Shown: positions 53,580-64,000 of the stretch, in pieces
Layout of the letters: the number at the start of each line of letters is the position of its first letter
Position numbering within the stretch: the stretch's first letter is position 1
Assembly (NCBI GenBank): GCA_951406725.2
Contig: OX597815.1
Location: 40,672,001 to 40,736,000, forward strand
DNA length: 64,000 bases
Reading direction: 5' to 3'
From: Octopus vulgaris
Lineage: Eukaryota
Translations under genes and position numbers: made by a program
Notes under the pieces: model-generated
What the model was told of the DNA's origin: nothing
The model's database searches: none
What the model saw: the letters and a program-made list of their open reading frames with translations, nothing else

Positions 53580-56470
53580 GGACCAGATCTGTGACCAACA
53601 ACTTTGCACAAAAGGTATTTTCTAAAATAATCACACAACACCGTCAAACAGCACCAGTTACAAAAGCTCGTCATGAACTCACCTTTCAGAAACAATAAAT
53701 GACAACAATAATCACGACAAAAGCATAAAGTGCAATTATTATCTCCCTTTACAACATGATAGTTTCCTCCATACAATACATTTGAAAAATGCCAACATTT
53801 CACACCCGAAGATAATTACTCTCTCAAGTAGCAAAATTAAGAGAGACATTAATGCATACAACACATCCTGGGTATTCCAAAAGCTCTGGTGAGACAAGAG
53901 ACAAAACAACAGCTAAAATCCACAACTAAACTCTTTTATATTGTAAATATTCCACACCAACATGTTTTACCAATCAACATAGAACAATTCTTCCTCCAGA
54001 CATCATCATCTGTTCATACACTGAGCCACCACAACCAAATAACAAACTTCCCCAACTCTCATCTGGCCAACACACTCACACATTAATAGATAAAGCAAAA
54101 GAAAAAAAAAGAGAAGTGGAAAGCAAAAATGTAGTGGAACCAGTACTACCAGGAAATATAATCATGGTTCATAGAATTCAAAAATACCATAATCAGCAAC
54201 CAAATTCAAACAAATAATTACAGATGCTTAAAACAAATAGGGGCAAATTATAAAACAAAAACACTAACATCAGTTATAATACATCAACACCATAAACAGA
54301 ACTGGAGCTCAGTGTGAAACAAAGAAAGAAATGGAAAACTAACGCAAGTTGAGTATTTATTATCAACAATAATTGCCATACTATAGCCTATGTCAAAATA
54401 AAAATCTCAAATGTCCAAACACTAACACCAAACAAGCACTCTCATAGGTTGTTTCTTGAAAATCAGCTGCTAAAAACCCAAAGAAGAATCCAAAATAAAA
54501 ATTAAGAAGAAAAACACACCTATGTAGACCATGATTTTGAGCTTTTTCTCCCATCAGATACTCTGAAAGCTGTAAGTAAATCTAAAAATTCAAAAGTATC
54601 AGGTTGTGAGAAGATTGCAAACATACATCTAAAACCCCCAGAGCCTAAAGGATTCACTGCATTTATTAACCCACTCCTCATCTCACCTCTCTAAATTACA
54701 ATACAAATTCAGATGACTTAACTTGAACCTAATACAAAGCTCAAAAGATAGTTTCATTATTGTTGTCATCATCTTAAGATCCACCTTTCCAGGCTTGCAT
54801 GGATCATACAGCGTTTATTTGAGGCAGATTTTCAAAGGTCCTTCCTGTCACTAACAACTATCACTTTCCAAGTAAGGCAATACTTTCTCATGACCAGACA
54901 TATTTTTGCAGAGTATTGGAAATGAATGACATTCATTTTCAGCTATCATACAATGTCAAGACAAGTATACATACACACACACACACACAGCAGCTTCTGT
55001 CTACCAAATCCACTCACAAAGCATTGGTCAGCCCTGGGCTGACACTTGTTCATGGTGACATGTGGGACTGAACCTGCATCCATGTGGTTTTAGGAAGCAA
55101 GCTTTTCAACTACACACATACATGGCTATTTACACATACATGCATATTCCAATACAACCAATTGGCTGAGTCATTAGAACATTGGATAAGTTGCTTAAAA
55201 AGAACAAAAATTCTCACATGCACCAAGTACATTGTAAAGTGATTGGCATTAGGAAAGGCTTCCAGTCATAGAAACCATGCCAAATTGGACAACAGAGCCT
55301 GGCACAACCCCTTTGACTTGCTAGCTCTTGTCAAACCGTCCAACCCATGCCAGCACACAAAATGGACATCAAATGATGATAATGAGGATAACCATTCTAA
55401 CTACTACCAACATCAGCAAACTTTTGGCTCCATTCCCTGCTATCCACTTACAGAACATCTAAAGAAACAACACAAAATATAGACCAGCAAGCTAACTTGG
55501 CTGTTTGTCAATCTTATCATATTAAAAAAATATTGCAATTTCCACAAATGGTCTATTTCATGTATATATCCTCTCACCCAACATCATTATTTTTACATCC
55601 ATTGTTTTCATGCTTGCAAGAGTCAGACAAAATTCAATGAAGGAAATTTTCTATGACAGGATGCCTTTCCATTGCCAACTCTCACTCGTTTCCAAACTCT
55701 CTTCTATTGCCAACTCTCACCTGATAGGACAGGTTTATAGATTAGAAAAGAAAGACACCACTTGTATGACAGAGACACTCACTCACGGTTATTGTGTGAT
55801 GCCAAGACAAGGAGATATACGCACACAATTATTACAGGCTTCTTTTAGTTTCTGCTTACCAAATCCACTCATTGGCCTGGGGCTATAGTAGAAGAAACTT
55901 GCCCAAGGTGCCATGCAATGGAACTGAACTTGAAAACATGTGGTTAGGAAGCAAACTTTTCAACTACGCTGACATGCTTGCACTTTTAACATGTACTGAG
56001 ACAATCTGCTCACACCTCAAAAGATATACAAAGCCTCAAATGCAGACGATATCATAATCACATTCTTCCACTTTTCTCAGGACACAGCTGTACATCTACT
56101 GCAACCCTACATCTATCACCCAGAAATCTGCTTTCAAAACAACTTTAAAGTAGCACTTTCTCATCAGCAACACTTGACAACACAAACATACCACTCAGAA
56201 CACTCAGAAGATTAAATATACTAGGACTTACATACAACACTACAACAACAACATTCACAGCACACATAATAAACAAAGCAAACTGATGTACAGAATCTGT
56301 ATGGCATGTAGAGGACATGCAGACACCACAATTTGGCTATCAAAACCAAACAATAGTGGTGTACAAACAATATATTAGATTCATTGTAGATTATACCATT
56401 ACAGTTTGGGCCCCATCAGACATTCCACAACAAAGAGCAAAGAACAACATTCTACATATTCTCACCAAAA
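53580..56470 (+). mobile_element. Highly decayed I/Jockey-like LINE interrupted by younger repeats
   Basis: A/C-rich strand bias. Remnants KNSKVSGCEKIANIHLK (~54585), ILGLTY (~56220) and VYKQYIRFIVDYTITVWAP (~56360). Confidence 0.5.
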
Positions 56471-58288
56471 AGAACACCTGGTAAAGTGAAAGGTACAGTT
56501 TGTTACCTAAGCAATTTCAATCCTCATGGTTCTTCCACTACATGAAGTTATTTCCAAAGGTTACTTTAACAGCACCCCAAAAAGACTCTTTTGCCCTCAG
56601 TTCAGATACATACACAAACACAAACACAAAAAAATGCGTGGTGGTGGTAAAAAAACTCATATTCATGCAGAAATAACTATTGCATCTATAGCTGAACTCC
56701 CAACCTTTGTCCTAAGATGCATGCCACCAATAAGTACCAATAAACAGCAGCTAGTATGCTCTGAGAAAGGCCAGCCACTTTGTCTACCTCTTCTGTGGCC
56801 ACCATTAGAATCTATAAGTTTATAGAAATAGACTGGACAGTAGTAAGATTGCAATATATCTGCACTGGGATACACCCTACAGAAACCTGTTGACATTACA
56901 AAGCAAGGCCTCCAATGGACACCTCAAGGGAGACAGAAACACAGCCGATCAAAAACAACATGAAGAAGGTCCACAGCAACTGAGGCACTGGTAGGTGGCT
57001 ATACCTGGGTACAAATGCAATCCTTTGCCAAAGATTGAGACAGATGGAGATTTCTTGTTGATGCTCTATGCTGCACATGGAGTCAAAGAATTAATGAATG
57101 AATGTTACACTATAACTCATACAATATATCAGTGTATGTTGGATTATGCAGTATGGTTCTCAGGTGGAGTTGTGATATATAATAAACAACAGGGCTGAAG
57201 TTTGACTACTTGCATGCCACAGGTAGTTTCAGAGTTGACCTGAAGCTGCACTACAATAAACATCATGTCATTAAGTTACATCCTACTCATTTTTTCAAAT
57301 GTTGCTTCAACTACTAAGTGCAGAGGAAGAGGAACTGTTATACTCTATCTCCACTGTGGTCATCACCAAAATATACAGGCAAGCAGAAATAGACTGGACA
57401 GTGAGAAAGTGTATGTCCAGACTGTCATATAATATGCCAAGTTTTATAGTATGGCTTTTACATAGGCAAAAGCACTGTGTATCTGGAACAATAGGTCTAT
57501 GTCATGCTTCTCTAATTCTTCAGTGACCTCGCTGTGTGTCACAGATCTCAGTTGCTTACTCTACTACCACCTCCATCACTGCTTCAACAGATTCTGTACG
57601 TCTCATTTCATTAGCTTTTTATTAATCCATTGTTCTAATATTAACACTAGTGGAGTGCATTTTTTGCACTGATTTTAATCGACAGATTTAGATATAGAAT
57701 AAAGGTATTCTAGCTATAAATAGCCATTTTTTTTATGGTGCAGGGTACGAGTTGAAGAAAATGTGGCTGTTATTTCTAGCATGCTTAGTGATTACATAAA
57801 TGGTTCCTTTTGGAATAACCGTTTTTATTGCTGGATATCCTTCCTCAGCTAAGCACTTTACCATGAAGCAACACACACACCAACACACACACATAAAAAC
57901 CTCAGATGCATTTGCTAAATAAAAACCAAAATTTTATTCCATTAATACACAGCAGAATAAATAAACAAATACAATATGTATCGAAAGACAAAACATTTTT
58001 CTAGCAAACTTCTTCAGGTGCTGAAATGTGTTAAGAATTATGTACTAAGTTCAGAAAATAGTACATACAAATTGTGATTTTATTGTTTCCTGATAGATTT
58101 CATGTTTGCCATACACAATTCTAACGGATGCTGAAATATGCTTATTTCATTTTATGCTCAACACTACAAGAGGTTCAGAGTCTGAAAAACCAAGAATTCA
58201 AGCTTCTGTCAACATGTCAGGGTTTTCTTTTTCTCCTTTATATTGGCCAATATTTCTATATTAGGAAAAAGTCTCTCTCTCTCTCTCT

Positions 58289-58336
<48 letters not shown>

Positions 58337-58393
58337 TATATATATATATGCACACATGCACAAACTTTCAATAATCAAATCAAATCAATTAAA

Positions 58394-58494
58394 GATCATT
58401 TCATCAGATGGAAGATACTGAAATATTTGTATTTCTTCCATCTGATGAAATGATCCATACATAATTTGATTGTGTACTGAAACATATGCAATGA
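58394..58494 (+). ncRNA. Hairpin plus degenerate minimal hammerhead motif
   Basis: Inverted repeat gatcatttcatcagatggaaga / tcttccatctgatgaaatgatc. Plus strand: cat CTGATGA ...tacataat ttg attgtgta ct GAAA C ATAT G CA atg (GUA changed to GCA). Confidence 0.58.
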
Positions 58495-59404
58495 AATATT
58501 TGAAATATCAATAACTTGTTTTCTGTTCATTTCAACTATATGTCATGCTTCATATGTCATAGTCTGAGTCTACATTAATGATGATTTACAGACTGCATCA
58601 AATGAAAATGGCAGTTTATTTAATATAGGTGAAAATTGAACTCTAATTCCTATGGTAAGTTGTGAATTTAATGCATATATATATATATATATATATAAAA
58701 ACTTACATATATATTTACACACATACATACACACACAAGATTATGTATACACATGAGCACTCAGATACACGAAGTATGCACATGCATACATGTGAGTACA
58801 TATATATTCATTTAACATCCAAGTTCCTAACTGGCATGGCTTGGACATACATAAGTATATGCAAAAATGTGTGTGTGTATATACATATATATATATATAT
58901 ATACACACACACATATATGTGTGTATATATCTCATGTACAAAAGCTTATACTCACAAAAATACTATATGTATATATATATATATATAAATAAACCATACA
59001 TATATTCCTCCTGACAGCAAACTTTTTCTGCTTCTGAGCAAGGTAATACTTTCATGAAAACATGTTTTCATAGAAAATTTTAAAAATTGAGAACGCAGCT
59101 TGTATGATGGCAGTGCTTGTTAACAACTGCCAAAAGATGTCAAGGTAAGAAGACATCAGCACATGTGCATGCATAGACACACACAAAAACAGAGGCACTC
59201 ATCCCTATATACATACATACAACCAAATATATACATACATATGACAGGCTTCATTCAGTTTCCAAAGCCAAAGCTACCCAAATGGCAGCTTAAATTAGCC
59301 TGGTGTGTTTGGAAATCTACATGTATGATTTAATCTAGGCAGACTATATTAAAGATTTCTAACAAAAAAAATTTTCCTAATTAAAACTCCATTCATCTGT
59401 TTAT

Positions 59405-59451
<47 letters not shown>

Positions 59452-59906
59452 AATGTACATAAGAATGAACAAGGGAAAACAATAGAAACGTAAAAATATC
59501 CGTTTCCATACTAATAGAGTTATGCATACATCATACATACGACCATATCCTTCTATACACTTCAATATACATATATGTGTGTGTGTATATATATATATAT
59601 ATGTATATATATGCATATACATATAGATACATATATATATATATATACTGTATGTATATAATATATATATTATTAATATAACATATATATATATATATTA
59701 TTCATATGATGATGATGATGATTATACATAGATAATATATATATATACACACACACACATATATATATTATACAGACATATATACATAATATATATATTA
59801 TATATATATATATATTTGTATATATATAATATATACGTTATATATATAATATAATATAATACATATGTTATGTATATATGCAATATATATATATATATGA
59901 GATATA

Positions 59907-60417
59907 CCGTAAATCCTCAAGTATAATCCGCATTTTTTCCCAAAATTTAAAGGTCAAAATCCCTACTGTGTACTATATACGAGGTTAAAAATGAAAATTA
60001 TTTTCTAATTAATGTCCGAGTCTCTATTTGCTGTCCAGCAATGTTTATTCAAACACATTTTCTGATGTCGGGCGTGAAAATATCTTAAGCTAAGCCTGAA
60101 AGCAATGAAGTCATAAAACAATCATCCATAACTTGCAGTAAGCAACATTTATTAAACGTTATTACTGTTATTTCTTTATTTTCTGCAAACAAAATGCACA
60201 AAAAAGCTACTCGTTTGCATTATGTTATATATACAATAATAATAAAGGACGTTACCGTATACAGTTTTACAAACCAAGGACGTTCTATAGACCTCCTTGC
60301 CTGAAGTTAAAGAAGGGGTGTGTATTATACACAAAGTTTAGGTTTTTCAGAGGTACAGCCCCTTAAAAATCCCCTGTGTATTATTCTCAAGGGCAGACTA
60401 AACTGGAGGATTTACAG
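59907..60417. mobile_element. pogo/Tc2-type MITE
   Basis: TA|ccgtaaatcctc ... gaggatttacag|TA imperfect TIRs; no ORF; embedded in (TA)n. Confidence 0.75.
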
Positions 60418-60785
60418 TATATTATATATACATATATATAACATATATATAATATATATTATATATAGATCTGTATCATTTATATTATATATAGATACAA
60501 TATATATATATATATATTTATATATATCTATATATATATGATGATGATGATATATATATATATATATATATATATACTAGATATATATTATATATATATA
60601 ATATATATATCTAGTATATATATGAAATTAGAAAAAAACCACCTTTTATCAATTCAAAATGAACAATTAAATTACACCATCTAGAAAATTACATACAATA
60701 GAAATATTAAAATTAAAATAACAATAAAATACCAATGATTAAGTAAATTGCAAAAAAATAATAAAAACGTATATAATTGGTAGAA

Positions 60786-60889
60786 TAACAACAACTGTTT
60801 CGTGGCTATATTTAAGAAATGATTATAGTAAAAAAATTAATAGTAGTAGTAAAATCACTTCGATATAAATATAGCCACTCATCAAGTTA
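60786..60889 (-). ncRNA. Inverted copy of the hammerhead motif (C3>U variant)
   Basis: Minus strand reads taac TTGATGA gtggctatattta...taaatatagccac GAAA C AGTT G TT gtta. Confidence 0.7.
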
Positions 60890-63495
60890 AAAATAAACTA
60901 GAATAATAAAGTAATTAATTAATAAATATACTTTAATATATATATATATATATAAAATACTAAATATATATTAAGTGAAAACTAAAACAATACTTAAATT
61001 ATTAAATACTTTAAAATTAATTAATATACACAATGCTAGTACAAGTCATTAAATTGTAATCAAAATAAGAAATGGTTCAAATATAGACAAACTCATTAAA
61101 TAAGCTAACTATATAATTAATATACATGTGTAGTATCTATAGATTTAATATATATATTTTTTTTAAATAAATATTTATTATAGTAATATAAATTAATTTC
61201 AACATAATATATATGTATTTGATTTAATTACTTATTATTTAGACTTTAAATTTATAGTAAATAGTCATTTAAATTTAATGCTATATTAATTTTATGTACC
61301 TATATTTTACATTTAACTTATCTTTAGTATTATTAAACCTTATTTCGTCTTATGTGGTTTATCTATTTATTGTAATATCATTTAATAGTATTAGAGTATA
61401 TTTTACTATTTTATTATATGTTATATTAATATTTTATACAAAATGATGAATATTTGTTGATTGTGAGTTTGAGATGAGTTTGGGCTTCATGTATTGGAGA
61501 CTATTGGAAGGGTTGAATGGTAGGGGTATAGTCGGCTGTGAATAAATTTGGTGGTAGTTGGCAGTTTGTTGTAGTTTGGGTTAGTGGTAGTGATGGTAAT
61601 AATTAATAATGATAATAGTAATGGTGATGATGATGATAATAATAATGATAATCGTGTACGGCTTGATGTAGGGTCCAGGTATTTTTGATGAACAAGTAAT
61701 ACTTATACTATTTTTATTAATTTTCTTTGATTCATGAAGTTTAGATAATTCCTGTATTTTTCATTAATAAATTCCTTTTAGTCATTTTCATTAATAATTT
61801 TATTCTATTTTTCCATGCAACATCTCCACGAGTTTTATTTCTTATAAACGTTAAGAACTATTCTTTACATTTATAATCTAGTGGTATTTTCTCAACTAAC
61901 TAAGCAATGTTCTTTTCTCCATTTTGTTTGGATTTTGTATTGTTTTGGGATTAATATTTAGCTGTTGTTAATATTGTTATTGATTTATTAATAGGGGTCT
62001 GTTAGTTATAGTTGGGTGTCTTCATGGTAGTTTCTCCATAAGTTGTGTTTTTTCTCACATTTCTTTAGTTCATGAGGCTTAAATGCTTTTTTTTTTTTTC
62101 ATATTTTTTCATTGATAAAAAAATTTGCCATTTTCATTGAGTATTATTCTATTTCTTTGCACTAAGTCTTCACATGTTAAATTTTATAAATGCTTTAACT
62201 ATCTTATGTTTAAAATTCAGTTACTTTTTTCCTTTGCAAAGATAAGTTACATTTGACATTTTATCGTTTATCGTTTTCATTTGATTTTGGAATTGTTTTG
62301 GGTTTGAAATTATTATTATTATTATTGTTGTTATTATTATTATTGTTGTAATATTATTATTTATTTATAGTTTCTTGATAGTTATTTTTTATGTTCGCTA
62401 TTAGATATGATATCTTTTAATTTTTATATAGGAATTTAACGTTTTACATATTATTTAATTTGAGAATTAGTTTCGTTAGACTATATATTTTTTTTAATAA
62501 TTAGATAATATTTTTATTAAGTAGTATTACATTTAAGTAAACTAGTTTTTATTTTAATATCAATTTTATGTTTAACTTTATTATCGTGTGAAATATTAAA
62601 TCTATAGATATTAATAATATAATTAGTTTATATAATGGATTTGTGTATATTTGAACTATTTCCAATTTTCGATTGTATTATTCATGACTAGTTGGGTGTT
62701 TACACATAAGACGCTAAAACATATTAATACTTTTAAAATCCAGATAGATTAATTTAATTTAATTGATGAACTTAGTAATATAGTTTGTTTACCAATATTA
62801 TTTGGATCTTGTATTATTTTGAGTTTGATCGTTGTTATTATTATTATTGTTATTGACTGGATTTGTAGTGGACTGGTGATTGTGATTGAAAATATTCATA
62901 GTGTATTGTTCATTGGTTCTAATATTTTTGCACCTTTCTTTAATTTTTGGAGCTAAAATGTTTCTTACTTTCCATTAGCAAATAATTCTCGCCATTATAT
63001 CATTTTTATATATATTGATAGATATTAATTCTTATATCTATTTATTTAGATTTATATATATATATATAACCCATGCCAGCATGGAAAGCGGACGCTAAAC
63101 GATGATGATGATGATGATGATATATATAGATATATATAGAAAAGGATCTAACATATTAAATTTAATTTAATTTGAGAATTAATTTTGTTAGACAATATGT
63201 TATCTAATTATTAGGTAGTATATTATGTAGTATTAAATTTTAAGATAATTAGGTATTATATTAATTGATATTTAGTCAACTATATTATAGATTGATATAT
63301 TAAATCTATAGATACTACACATGTATATTAATTATATAGTTAGCTTATTTAATGAGTTTGTCTATATTTAAACCATTTCTTATTTTGATTACAATTTAAT
63401 GACTTGTACTAGCATTGTGTATATTAATAAATTTTAAAGTATTTAATAATTTAAGTATTGTTTTAGTTTTCACTTAATGTATATTTAGTATTTTA

Positions 63496-63538
<43 letters not shown>

Positions 63539-63582
63539 AAGTATATTTATTAATTAATTATCTTATTATTCTCTTTTATTTT

Positions 63583-63686
63583 TAACCTGATGAGTGGCTA
63601 TATTTATATCGAAGTGATTTTACTACTACTATTAATTTTTTTACTATAATCATTTCTTAAATATAGCCACGAAACAGGTGTTGTTA
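63583..63686 (+). ncRNA. Minimal type-I hammerhead ribozyme (intact core)
   Basis: taac CTGATGA gtggctatattta...taaatatagccac GAAA C AGGT G TT gtta; 13-bp perfect stem II base, 4-bp stem I, GUU cleavage triplet. Confidence 0.8.
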
Positions 63687-64000
63687 TTCTACCAATTATA
63701 TACGTTTTTATTATTTTTTTTGCAATTTACTTAATCACTGGTATTTTATTGTAATTTTAATATTTCTATTGTATGTAATTTTCTAGATGGTGTAATTTAA
63801 TTGTTCATTTTGAATTGATAAAAGGTGGTTTTTTTCTAATTTTTTATATATATATATTATATTGTGTGAAATTTTATTTAGTATTTCTAAATTGAATTTT
63901 TTCCCTGTAAGTTAGGATTAATATTCCCTCAAATAATCATTATATATATATATATACATATTATATAGAATTTATATATAAATGTATAATATATTATATA

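Larger units (their letters stand above)
60625..63842. mobile_element. 3.2-kb element with ~530-bp inverted terminal arms, each containing a hammerhead motif (Penelope-like pLTR architecture)
   Basis: 60625-61153 is the reverse complement of 63295-63842 with few mismatches. Flanked by (TA)n. A diverged third partial copy lies at about 62440-62700. No ORF of 60 aa or more in the track. Confidence 0.8.

Noticed and set aside
61154-63294. Penelope RT/GIY-YIG coding region inside the inverted arms
   Set aside because: No ORF of 60 aa or more and no recognisable RT or GIY-YIG motif by eye; a profile search would be needed.

Overview
This is AT-rich, repeat-dense eukaryotic genomic DNA with spliceosomal introns, abundant (TA)n/(CA)n/(CAT)n microsatellites, and SINE/LINE families that look like those of Octopus (coleoid cephalopod; taxon inferred from repeat content). 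Two spliced + strand genes can be reconstructed. The first is the 3' three coding exons of an RluA-family pseudouridine synthase (RPUSD1-like; 3508-11235). The second is a complete 8-exon SET/TAF-I/I2PP2A histone chaperone gene (25319-29989, 278 aa) whose second intron has U12 minor-spliceosome signals. The rest is decayed transposable elements: RTE, CR1, I/Jockey-like and HERO-like LINEs, tRNA-derived SINEs, a Tc1, pogo- and piggyBac-type MITEs and a Helitron. The most striking unannotated signal is a set of sequence-unrelated elements (about 13.2, 16.7, 20.7, 39.2, 44.1, 58.4 and 60.8/63.6 kb) carrying minimal type-I hammerhead ribozyme cores (CUGANGA-stem II-GAAA-C-palindromic 4-mer-GUH). 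Six of these seven sit in fold-back inverted repeats with the same polarity (left copy minus, right copy plus), consistent with Penelope-like/retrozyme-type elements. Almost all ORF-track entries are artefacts of repeats.
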